Shown piece by piece: positions 38,548 through 46,628 of a stretch of 64,000 nucleotides of DNA. This DNA comes from a virus. The notes below the pieces were generated by a model that was given only the letters and a program-made list of their open reading frames with translations, had not been told where the DNA came from and did not search any database. Within the stretch, counting starts at the first letter, position 1. Every line of letters begins with the position of its first letter. Both the position numbers and the translations under genes were made by a program. The stretch is taken from IMG/VR virus record IMGVR_UViG_3300017750_000004; one strand, 5' to 3'.

Positions 38548-41500
38548 TTAATACCTTATTAAATGTACTGCAATTGTGCCGTATCGTCCAGTAGAATTTG
38601 ATGAGTTTACTGTTAAAGTTATGCCATTACTACTTCTTGTTATCCAAGGAGATAGCCACTGATATCCAGTCCAGCCTGTAAGAAATATACCTGTTGTTGA
38701 TTTACTACTGCAGTCGAATCCATTAAACATAGTAGTAGTAGTCGAACTCGCAGTAAATGTATGGGAGTCAAAAGCAAGAAAAGTACCCAGCCTAGAAATA
38801 TCGTTAATAATTAGAGTACCACTGGGATTGTATATCTCTAACCCATAATCACTAGCCGTTCCGGAATTAAGATTAGTACCACTGCCCGAACCTGCTGTAG
38901 AAGTATCTGCAATAGATACAGAAGCACTTGGCGTCCCTGTTGAAGTTTGGGCACTATCAGTGTTTGCTAAAGTTAGGGTGGCGGTTTTTGGCCCGTCTGT
39001 TAAATTATCATTTGCGAGTGTAATAACTGTAGTTGCTGTACCACTTCCTGAATTAATGCTAAAGCTTCCAGTGAGAGCTCCTGAAGATATATCAAGGTCC
39101 TGAATTCCTTCAATAGTATAATTAACTGTTCGAGAGCTAGAAATATTCGAGTAAGTTACTGTAAATGTAGTTGATTGTCCTTCATTAATTGACGTAGGGT
39201 TAGCAGAAACGCTATAAGGAGTTCCTGTGCCAAGTCTTTTAATACGTATTGTTGTTCCACTATTTACAGTTTGCCAACTTCCGCTACCTCCGGTAGTTGG
39301 AGGCCTTCTACCTGAAAAGCTATAAACATATGTACTTCCTGCAGGGGGTAAAGCTCCGCTCTGAGTAGTAACAAGACTAAATGTTCCAGAGGCTCCAACA
39401 TTGGCACTTTCTGGCCACTGACTCGTTGTGTCATTAAGAACTCGGTACTGATCATAAGTTCCTCCGTCGGTAAAAGGAATACCTATAATATCGGCGGCGG
39501 CTGTTCCATAGGAGGAAGGTATTTCATATACTCCGTTAACTAAATTTAAATCAGTTCCGTTTTTATCAGTAGGAGTATCAATTGTAATTGAAGAGTCGCT
39601 AAGAGGAATATACGGAGCTGTTGAAGTAAAAGGAGTACTGACTACATTGGCACTTCTTCGAACCCAAAAATAGTAAGTAACCCCTCTTACATAAGCATTT
39701 CCATATGCATCAATAGTTAGTGTTGTAGGAGAAGTCTGATTAAGGTCCGTTACCCAAGCACCATTTGAAGAACTAGGAAGTGAATTCGTTGTACTTCCTA
39801 TAACTGCTGGGTTACCTGAGGTACCACCACTGCCCCCACTCCAAGATACTGTTGGATTTGAATTTGCAGTATTAGTACTTGACCAAGTGACTCCACTTAT
39901 TGTATCTGCAGTAGGAGTTGTACTAGCCCCTGTAATAGTGAATGTATCGGAAATGCTAAGGTCGTTGTAAGAATTGAAGATATTAGTAACGTATAGCTTT
40001 ATTGTTGCAGTTTCTGAAGCGTCTGAATCACTATCTGTTGAAGGAGTTACAGTAAAACTTCCTGAAGACCACCCTGTTCCCGAACCCACTTGACCACTAG
40101 AAGTTGAAAAATCTCCGCCACTTGTTGTAGTAGCCTGCCAATAGATAGGGCCTAGGCCATTTGTAGAAGCTACAGTAAAAGTTCCAGTCTGCCCCTCTTG
40201 TATAGAATTCGGAACCGTAGTAAAAGAATAATCAGGAAGAGTTATAGGAGAAGAAGTACTGCTGTAGTCGTAATTTGCTCCATTATCTACAGTTGCTCGA
40301 GCTTGAACCGTCCAAGATGTACCTCTCCATGATGTACCAACTGCTGCATTTTCTCCTAAATTATTTATTTCCGCTGTCCACGGAAAAGTATGGACAGTGT
40401 TGCCATTAGACCCGGAGCCACCGCCCTGTACTTTCCATTGATATTGAATTGTTCCAGCCGTTGTACCTGATGGATTTGACCACATTTGAAATCCATTGGT
40501 AATAATTGTTTTATAGGGGCTAATAGAAGGAGCTTGAGCTTGTGGCGTTACTGTATATTGAGTGTCCCCTGTAGTTAGTCTTATACTGTTTTGACCGTTT
40601 CCATTTGCAGCATAAAGATAAAAAGTGGCAGTGGCCGAAGTAGGTAAACCATTTGAAATTACTCCACTACCTTGCACTGTTTCAAAAGGTCGAGAGTTAT
40701 TACCACTATTACTGTTCCAAGTTCTTGCTATATAGTTAGAGCTCGCTGCGGCGATATTACTACCGTTCGCAAGGTTTGATGTATCTAAAATGTAGTAAAT
40801 AGTATTAGTTCCCCCCTGCGTCATACTAAGGGAGTAATTACTTGCACCACTAAGTATATTGACAGAGGTCGAGTTTAGAGTAATATTAGTGTCTAAGGCA
40901 GCGGGGTTGGTTACATTAAAAGAAATAGAATCTATTAGGTGGTCTGCTGTTCCTGTTTGCCCATTGTAATCGTAATGATATAGGTGTACCCAATGAACCC
41001 CTGCATTAGAACTTAGCGTGGGACTAAGTGTGATTTCGTCGAGATCAGTGGGCGAAGTCAATACACCACTGCCAGTAGTAAATCCATAAGCAGTACTGTG
41101 GCCGGTTTGAGACTGTGAAACTCTCCAAAAAAATCTTTCATCTTTGGCCTGTTCCCAGCTTTGAAGAGTATCACCGCTATCGGTACCACTACCCGTTAAA
41201 TAGCTTTGAAAAGCAGTGGGAATAGAAAGTTTAACTGTTCCGTTAAAACCTTTCTGAATACTAGCCGAAACCGAGCCCCAGCCAACGGTACTAGGAATTA
41301 CTAAAATTCTTACAGATTTTTGTGCATTTGGACTAGTGTATCCGTATGTATCAGTGGTATACCAGTACCAACGAGTATGATAATCATTGTCAGAAAAACT
41401 ACTCGTAGTCCAAGTTCTGTTCAATAATGACCCTGAAGGAGTTGGGTCAGGGTTATTAACGGTGGAGGATCCATTCGGCTGGGATATGTAATTTATTTGG

Positions 41501-41649
41501 TAAGCAAGGGCGACACTGCCAGTGTATTGAGTTGTTAGCTGTACTGTATCCGAAGATTTTATAACCGCAGTGTATCTAGATAAACTAGAGTAGGGCTGTA
41601 CCCCATACCCGGGTGTATACAAAGACTCTGTCCAAGACCAAGTAGCCAT
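38548..41649 (-). CDS. Receptor-binding / adhesin-like virion protein with Calx-beta-like domains (T5 pb5 position)
   Basis: 1033 aa S/T/G-rich; two Calx-beta-like units (SINEGQSTTFTV...DNLTDGPKTATLTL; SIQEGQTGTFTV); C-terminal DYGLEIYN; next to terS like oad. Confidence 0.6.
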   Translation of the reverse strand: MATWSWTESLYTPGYGVQPYSSLSRYTAVIKSSDTVQLTTQYTGSVALAYQINYISQPNGSSTVNNPDPTPSGSLLNRTWTTSSFSDNDYHTRWYWYTTDTYGYTSPNAQKSVRILVIPSTVGWGSVSASIQKGFNGTVKLSIPTAFQSYLTGSGTDSGDTLQSWEQAKDERFFWRVSQSQTGHSTAYGFTTGSGVLTSPTDLDEITLSPTLSSNAGVHWVHLYHYDYNGQTGTADHLIDSISFNVTNPAALDTNITLNSTSVNILSGASNYSLSMTQGGTNTIYYILDTSNLANGSNIAAASSNYIARTWNSNSGNNSRPFETVQGSGVISNGLPTSATATFYLYAANGNGQNSIRLTTGDTQYTVTPQAQAPSISPYKTIITNGFQMWSNPSGTTAGTIQYQWKVQGGGSGSNGNTVHTFPWTAEINNLGENAAVGTSWRGTSWTVQARATVDNGANYDYSSTSSPITLPDYSFTTVPNSIQEGQTGTFTVASTNGLGPIYWQATTTSGGDFSTSSGQVGSGTGWSSGSFTVTPSTDSDSDASETATIKLYVTNIFNSYNDLSISDTFTITGASTTPTADTISGVTWSSTNTANSNPTVSWSGGSGGTSGNPAVIGSTTNSLPSSSNGAWVTDLNQTSPTTLTIDAYGNAYVRGVTYYFWVRRSANVVSTPFTSTAPYIPLSDSSITIDTPTDKNGTDLNLVNGVYEIPSSYGTAAADIIGIPFTDGGTYDQYRVLNDTTSQWPESANVGASGTFSLVTTQSGALPPAGSTYVYSFSGRRPPTTGGSGSWQTVNSGTTIRIKRLGTGTPYSVSANPTSINEGQSTTFTVTYSNISSSRTVNYTIEGIQDLDISSGALTGSFSINSGSGTATTVITLANDNLTDGPKTATLTLANTDSAQTSTGTPSASVSIADTSTAGSGSGTNLNSGTASDYGLEIYNPSGTLIINDISRLGTFLAFDSHTFTASSTTTTMFNGFDCSSKSTTGIFLTGWTGYQWLSPWITRSSNGITLTVNSSNSTGRYGTIAVHLIRY

Positions 41650-41976
41650 TTAGATACCGCTTTCCGTCCAAGGTCTTCCACTACCGTGCGTAGGATTTAG
41701 CAAGCCATTTAACTCTTCGTTTAGCTCCCTCTCAATGATTTCTAAGCCTGAAGTTCCTAAAGCATCTCTGAGCCAAATTAAAGCTTTTTCTTCTGTTATA
41801 TCTTCAAAAGGAATAAAATCTTCTCCAGGGGCGTGAAGTTTAACAGTTGAGTGCCTTCCTGCCCCAATACCTCCTTCCGTCTTTTCTGCACTCCACTCTA
41901 TACTTTCTACAGTATTGTACCTAAGAGTTTGTTGGTCGTGCAATAAATAATTTAAGTTTAAAATAGTTAAGTTCAT
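41650..41976 (-). CDS. Hypothetical tail-associated protein
   Basis: FIPFEDITEEKALIWLRDALG...LNPTHGSGRPW motif, seen next to fibre genes. Confidence 0.6.
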   Translation of the reverse strand: MNLTILNLNYLLHDQQTLRYNTVESIEWSAEKTEGGIGAGRHSTVKLHAPGEDFIPFEDITEEKALIWLRDALGTSGLEIIERELNEELNGLLNPTHGSGRPWTESGI

Positions 41977-41977
41977 A

Positions 41978-42571
41978 TTATCCCCATTGTAGTGCCATTG
42001 CGGCTGCTATACCAAAAAATGTGACACTTCGTTCTTTTCCTTGACCTCCACCAAATTTATCATAACCAGTGTCACCTTGGTTACTCCATCGAGGTTTTCC
42101 ATCTACATACCGAGGTTCTATAACTTCGGTAGGTTCTAAGGGTGCCAAGCCCCTCAGCCACAAACCAGTTTTCTTTGAAGCGTCTTCTCCGTAATTATAT
42201 GGCTGGACATATTGGGGCTTTGGCATAAAATCGAGGCGGGTGTTGATACAACCCACCGGGTTTTCAATACACAGCTTTTCTACTGGCGCTTCCCAGATGG
42301 CTGTGATAAAATTAAGGGCTTCTTCGGTTTTCTGAGCTCTTCCTTCAATTTTCTTATTCCAATGTAACCCAGAAGCAGCAAGATAAGTGCAGGGAGGGTG
42401 AGCAATAATAAGATCCCAGCTAGGGTCATAAAGTATATCAAGAATATCTCCTTGAATATGTGGTCCTCGTGCTTCAGTAGGAAGAAGATCGCATGAAATT
42501 GCATCATGGCCCATTGCTATAAAGCAGTCCCGGACGGTTCCGCTAAATTCACACGCTACTAAAACTTTCAT
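41978..42571 (-). CDS. DNA cytosine methyltransferase-like protein
   Basis: MKVLVACEFSG..R..F, SCDL.P, WDLIIAHPPCT, ENPVG, KKTGLWL, RS.TF.GIA.AMA.QW. Confidence 0.78.
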   Translation of the reverse strand: MKVLVACEFSGTVRDCFIAMGHDAISCDLLPTEARGPHIQGDILDILYDPSWDLIIAHPPCTYLAASGLHWNKKIEGRAQKTEEALNFITAIWEAPVEKLCIENPVGCINTRLDFMPKPQYVQPYNYGEDASKKTGLWLRGLAPLEPTEVIEPRYVDGKPRWSNQGDTGYDKFGGGQGKERSVTFFGIAAAMALQWG

Positions 42572-42594
42572 TACGCTTTCCTTAATTTTAGATA

Positions 42595-42623
42595 ATTATA
42601 CTCGAAGGGAGCATCAAAGTCAA
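42595..42623 (-). promoter_or_regulatory. Sigma70 promoter
   Basis: TTGACT-17-TATAAT. Confidence 0.82.
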
Positions 42624-42643
42624 GCGTTATTTTTGGCAGGTTC

Positions 42644-42672
42644 AAAAAATCCCCAAGTAGTACGTGTTGGGG
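42644..42672 (-). terminator. Intrinsic terminator
   Basis: CCCCAA-10 nt-TTGGGG-ATTTTTT on the minus strand. Confidence 0.6.
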
Positions 42673-42687
42673 TGCGCGCGAGCGCTA

Positions 42688-42706
42688 AATGAGAATGAGT
42701 CTCATT
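42688..42706. promoter_or_regulatory. Fur-box-like 9-1-9 palindrome
   Basis: AATGAGAAT-G-AGTCTCATT (one mismatch to a perfect inverted repeat). Confidence 0.5.
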
Positions 42707-42728
42707 ACCGCCCCCCCCCCCGGCCCGG

Positions 42729-42757
42729 AGGGTAACACATCCCCGGCCTGGGGTCAA
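42729..42757 (-). promoter_or_regulatory. Leftward promoter
   Basis: A-tract, then TTGACC-17-TACCCT. Confidence 0.5.
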
Positions 42758-42874
42758 GCGATTTTTTTGTGACATATTACCATAAAAAAGCCTGTACTTT
42801 TGGGCGGCAACTGGGTTATAATGCTTGCATCGGCTGGGGGATTGGCTCTCGGCTAAAACCAAAGGTAGCACTTT

Positions 42875-43168
42875 ATGTCTAACTATACTGATAAAATGGT
42901 TGCGGCGATTCGCGCGGCGGCTCCTCTCAATCTCGCAAAGGCAAAGCAACTCGCCTCTGATTTCGGGAGCGTATCACATCGCTCGGTCATTAGCAAGGCT
43001 CAATCCCTTGGGGTTGAGTATGTTAAGGCGGCTCCCGCCGCTCGCGTTTCTCGCGGCCCTACCAAGGCCGACATTCTCGCGGAGATCCGCACCGCGCTGG
43101 CGATGCCTGCCCGCGAAGGCGACTTCACCAAGGGCGAGCTGTCCAACATCCTGAGCAACATCGGATGA
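42875..43168 (+). CDS. A2: T5 A2-like DNA-binding protein
   Basis: NYT..M...LA..FG.VS.RSVISK...LG..Y.K pattern shared with T5 A2 and two paralogues; first pre-early gene. Confidence 0.65.
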   Translation: MSNYTDKMVAAIRAAAPLNLAKAKQLASDFGSVSHRSVISKAQSLGVEYVKAAPAARVSRGPTKADILAEIRTALAMPAREGDFTKGELSNILSNIG

Positions 43169-43362
43169 TAGCGGTTATCGGCTGGTGCGGAGCGGGGGCT
43201 ATGGCCCTCGCCCCTTTCGCAATCGATACCGACGCGGGCAAGCTGGCCGCTATCGGTGGGTTGGTATTATTAACGGTTCAAGCGCTTGACATTCGGGCTT
43301 ACAATCTGGTATTCTTGAATCTGGCTGGAATTATAGGTTACTCTTATGCACTTTATTTTTGA
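43165..43362 (+). CDS. Small multi-TM membrane protein
   Basis: 65 aa hydrophobic ORF, ATGA-coupled. Confidence 0.6.
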   Translation: MIAVIGWCGAGAMALAPFAIDTDAGKLAAIGGLVLLTVQALDIRAYNLVFLNLAGIIGYSYALYF

Positions 43363-43819
43363 TCTTGACCATACGGTTATCGACAGCTCACACCGACAGA
43401 TCACGCGGCCCGATGGCTCGCTTGATCTTGCGGCATGGCGTCAGAACAACACCCGCGCAAACATCATGCGTGACACCCTGCTACCCCTCGCGGCACAATG
43501 GCGACGGCTGGCAAAAAAGAATGTCACCATCGTGATCTGCACTGCCCGCGTTATGGGGGAACATGATTACGAATATCTACGGGAGCATGGCTTGCGCTGG
43601 GATGCTTGCCTATCGCGGCGAGAGGGGGACGCCACACCTGACGCGGATCTAAAAGAAAAGATGATCCGAAACTATGCTCGCACCCGCCCGATGGGATGGG
43701 GTAAATTTTGCGCGACTGCGGTATTTTATGATGACAATAAATCCGTTTTGAAAATGCTTGACCGCATCGGCATAAAAGCGTATGATTCAATTTCACTTAA
43801 CGAGAGGCTTTCAGCATGA
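43346..43819 (+). CDS. dmp: HAD-family deoxynucleoside-5'-monophosphatase (T5 Dmp-like)
   Basis: FDLDHTVIDSSHR...DGSLDL...IMRDTLLPL...ICTAR.M...DY.YLR..GL...YDD matches T5 Dmp. Confidence 0.82.
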   Translation: MHFIFDLDHTVIDSSHRQITRPDGSLDLAAWRQNNTRANIMRDTLLPLAAQWRRLAKKNVTIVICTARVMGEHDYEYLREHGLRWDACLSRREGDATPDADLKEKMIRNYARTRPMGWGKFCATAVFYDDNKSVLKMLDRIGIKAYDSISLNERLSA

Positions 43820-44319
43820 TATTACGATCAACAGATACAGCACCTGAGATCACCCCCATCTCTGGTATGGCTTGGCACTACGTTTGGGAACTGCTAGAAT
43901 TTGGCGTTTTCAAAAACGGGTATGCCCGACACGCTTACGCGAACGGGCGACACGGTGGTATCGAGCGCGTGACTTGGTGCTTGCGGGATGTTGAGGACGC
44001 TTTCGGCTACAATCGCGGGGAGCTTCACGCTCGCGTATGGCGAATGAAGCTGGGCGATAACGAGCAGGTGCTTGCCGCCGAGCAATTTGTTCACGCTCGC
44101 AACAAAGATGACAAGGCGATGCTATATGACAAGCGTTGGCTTGAGGTTGGCGGCAAATCAGAATTTTATTTCTGCTCTGCCAAAACCGCGATGGCTCGCT
44201 TCACTAACAGCTATCGCCAATCTAACTTGCAGATTGGCGAGGGTATTGTTGCCCACAAGCGAGCGAAGGGTATACACGGTTGTCCTCTGCCGGTAGACTA
44301 TGCTGAGGTGACGGCGTGA
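43816..44319 (+). CDS. Hypothetical pre-early protein
   Basis: 167 aa ORF coupled by ATGA. Confidence 0.6.
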   Translation: MILRSTDTAPEITPISGMAWHYVWELLEFGVFKNGYARHAYANGRHGGIERVTWCLRDVEDAFGYNRGELHARVWRMKLGDNEQVLAAEQFVHARNKDDKAMLYDKRWLEVGGKSEFYFCSAKTAMARFTNSYRQSNLQIGEGIVAHKRAKGIHGCPLPVDYAEVTA

Positions 44320-44423
44320 GATTTGGCGCGGCACTCGCCGCCCTCTATTTCCTCTATAGCGTGATTACCGATCTCGCTATATGGGGAGCCGCAATTTACT
44401 ACTGGTTTAATGGGGGATTCTGA
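44316..44423 (+). CDS. 35 aa membrane peptide
   Basis: GAGG RBS, GTGA/TGATG coupling: MRFGAALAALYFLYSVITDLAIWGAAIYYWFNGGF. Confidence 0.55.
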   Translation: MRFGAALAALYFLYSVITDLAIWGAAIYYWFNGGF

Positions 44424-45022
44424 TGAAAAAATTGCAAGCTAATCTGAACCGGCTCGCGGAGAATCTCTCCGCTCCGGTTGCGGTAATTTTAGAGGGGCGC
44501 GACACTGCGGGCAAATCCTCTACCATTCGAGAATTGACCCACTACCTACCGCCGGATCTTTACAGCGTTTGCCTATCGCACAAACCGACAAAACAAGCGA
44601 TGGCAAGCTGGCTCCCCTATTGGGAAACCAAACTGCCGCGACAAAATCGCATCGTGTTTTTTGACCGAAGCTGGTACAGCCGGGGCATGGTGCAACATTT
44701 GAATGGCTGGTGCACTCCGCGACAATACAAAAATTTTATGCGGCGTCATAAAAACTGGGAAGCTAACCAGCCGGTGCGCTTTATTAAATTTTGGCTTTCG
44801 ATTTCGGAACAAGAACAGCAACGCCGAATTATAGCTCGCAAGCATTCGCCCCTGACCTATTGGAAATTTTCTGCTAATGATGAAAACGCACTTTCGCATT
44901 ATGACCGCATGAGCATATTAAAAGAGCGCGTTATTGATTCCGACTGGCACACTGTAGATTATGCCGACAAAAAACGCGGGATCAAAAATTTGCTGGCTAC
45001 TTTATGCGAACGGCTCGCATAA
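44423..45022 (+). CDS. ppk2: Polyphosphate kinase 2 (single domain)
   Basis: Walker A EGRDTAGKS, Walker B FDRSWY, KFWLSIS..EQ.RR, lid WKFSAND. Confidence 0.9.
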   Translation: MKKLQANLNRLAENLSAPVAVILEGRDTAGKSSTIRELTHYLPPDLYSVCLSHKPTKQAMASWLPYWETKLPRQNRIVFFDRSWYSRGMVQHLNGWCTPRQYKNFMRRHKNWEANQPVRFIKFWLSISEQEQQRRIIARKHSPLTYWKFSANDENALSHYDRMSILKERVIDSDWHTVDYADKKRGIKNLLATLCERLA

Positions 45023-45038
45023 GGTTCCACGTGGAACA
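45023..45038. promoter_or_regulatory. parS: Chromosomal-type parS (ParB-binding) site
   Basis: GGTTCCACGTGGAACA (reverse complement TGTTCCACGTGGAACC); fits the bacterial parS consensus TGTTNCACGTGNAACA. Confidence 0.75.
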
Positions 45039-45121
45039 CAACCCCTTGATTTATAACGATTTTTGGCGCGCGGGCGCCAGTGCGAAAGTGAAGTTTCGAT
45101 TCGATTGGTGTTACCTGCGCC

Positions 45122-45334
45122 AGAATACGTGCAAAAGCGACGATTGTCAAGTCTTTTTTGCGGGTATGGGCAAAATTTTTTTAAGAACGTGCAGTCTTTG
45201 TGCCAGACCCCGTGCCCACCCTGGTAGTATACGCGCAAAGCCCGGGATTGTCAAGAACTTTTTACGGCAATAGGGCAAATTGTTTTAAAAAGCGCGGCGC
45301 GCCAATTATACAGTAGTACACCGACGATTGTCAA
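45122..45334 (-). promoter_or_regulatory. Three tandem leftward sigma70 promoters
   Basis: TTGACA-17-TATTCT (45150-45122), TTGACA-17-TATACT (45254-45226) and TTGACA-18-TATAAT (45334-45305); all share CTTGACAATC. Confidence 0.72.
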
Positions 45335-45538
45335 GTACTTTTTGCACAATTGGTGCAAATAAATCGATTGACAAGTCTCTGCGGGGTAGTGTAAGATGGC
45401 AAATTGTGGCAAACCTGGGGCAAACAGTGTCAAATTTACGAAAATTTTGGCAGATTAAGTGCAAAAAACACTTGACAGCCGCAATTTCGTACGCCGCCCC
45501 CCGGAATAAATTTATGTTGGGGGTATGGCAAAAATTGT

Positions 45539-45567
45539 TTGACATTGAAACCCGGAGCCGGTATAAT
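45539..45567 (+). promoter_or_regulatory. Early promoter
   Basis: TTGACA-17-TATAAT. Confidence 0.85.
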
Positions 45568-45589
45568 ATTTATAAATCGGAGGAACTAT

Positions 45590-45781
45590 ATGAACGATAT
45601 TCAATTTGAAGCCTTTAGCTTGTACGCAGGTATGCGTATGGACGGAGTGCCTAAACTAGACGCTTTTCTCTATACCATACGTTGTTTGTTACCAGACGAA
45701 GAGTACCCCAACGGATACGATGACAGTGCAGTAGAGCTGTACTCTTGGCTGCGGGAGAAGGTAAAGTTAGATGATGTATAA
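45590..45781 (+). CDS. Hypothetical protein
   Basis: GGAGG RBS; MNDIQFEAFSLY... Confidence 0.65.
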   Translation: MNDIQFEAFSLYAGMRMDGVPKLDAFLYTIRCLLPDEEYPNGYDDSAVELYSWLREKVKLDDV

Positions 45782-46199
45782 GTTAAAGGTAAAAGCAAAA
45801 AAAGCATGGTCAATGCCTGAACGATACTTAGCTCGAGCTGCGATCGACTTTGCTATGGGAGAACTTGATCTAGGAATCACTCCTGTGCCTATTACTATAT
45901 ATCTTAAAGGCGAGCACGAAACAGACTTTGGAGATTCTGTAGACCTAGGGCATAAAATTATTCTTCGTATTAATAAAAGTTCTCATTGGCTACGAACTAT
46001 ATTTCATGAGCTAGAGCACGCTCGCCAATACATTTACTGCGAGCTTGAGTTAGAAACCGATCATGCTATGTGGCAAGACGAACTATTTAAAAGAGACATT
46101 GATAACTGGGATGAATATTGGAGTGCTCCGTGGGAGGTAGCTGCAAGGGAAAAAGAAGTAGAATTATTTGCAGCTTTCCAAAAAAATCTCTTGACATAA
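45771..46199 (+). CDS. Zinc metallopeptidase-like protein
   Basis: TIFHELEHARQY (HExxH) and PWEVAA motif. Confidence 0.7.
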   Translation: MMYKLKVKAKKAWSMPERYLARAAIDFAMGELDLGITPVPITIYLKGEHETDFGDSVDLGHKIILRINKSSHWLRTIFHELEHARQYIYCELELETDHAMWQDELFKRDIDNWDEYWSAPWEVAAREKEVELFAAFQKNLLT

Positions 46200-46219
46200 T
46201 CCTCAGAACCTTGTATAAT
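46191..46219 (+). promoter_or_regulatory. Early promoter
   Basis: TTGACA-17-TATAAT with upstream A-tract. Confidence 0.85.
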
Positions 46220-46268
46220 ATATTTTCAAAAGTGGTAATTTACTTAATTTTTTTCGGGAGAAACAAAA

Positions 46269-46589
46269 ATGACTATGACTGCTAACGCCTCTCAGAACTA
46301 CTCTGAGACTATGATTGCCGAGATCACTACAAAGTACTCTGCTGACCCTGTTCGTGCTACTGTCGATGCGCTGGCTGACAAATTTGGTAAGAGCCCTCGC
46401 TCTATCATCGCCAAATTGTCTGCTCTAGGTATCTACCAGAAAGCAGAGCGTGTAACCAAGCGCGGTGAGCCTGTTGTCAAGAAAGAGTTCTTTGTCAACG
46501 CTGTAAACGAGCGACTGGGCCGTGAATTGCCTTCTGTAGGTAAGATGACCAAGGTTGATCTTGAAGCTTTGCTCGAGATCTTGAGCTAA
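46269..46589 (+). CDS. A2-like DNA-binding protein (paralogue 2)
   Basis: NYS..M...VDALADKFGKSPRSIIAKLSALGIYQK. Confidence 0.7.
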   Translation: MTMTANASQNYSETMIAEITTKYSADPVRATVDALADKFGKSPRSIIAKLSALGIYQKAERVTKRGEPVVKKEFFVNAVNERLGRELPSVGKMTKVDLEALLEILS

Positions 46590-46593
46590 ATCC

Positions 46594-46618
46594 CGGGGCC
46601 TAGTGCCCCGCTTTATTT
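46594..46618 (+). terminator. Intrinsic terminator
   Basis: CGGGGC-CTAGT-GCCCCG-CTTTATTT. Confidence 0.65.
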
Positions 46619-46628
46619 AAGTATTTCT

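Larger units (their letters stand above)
42630..45560. other. Candidate terminal repeat / first-step-transfer (pre-early) segment
   Basis: Abrupt GC increase by eye; holds A2- and dmp-like genes; lies between the RBP module and early genes, as in a circularised T5 map. Confidence 0.6.
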
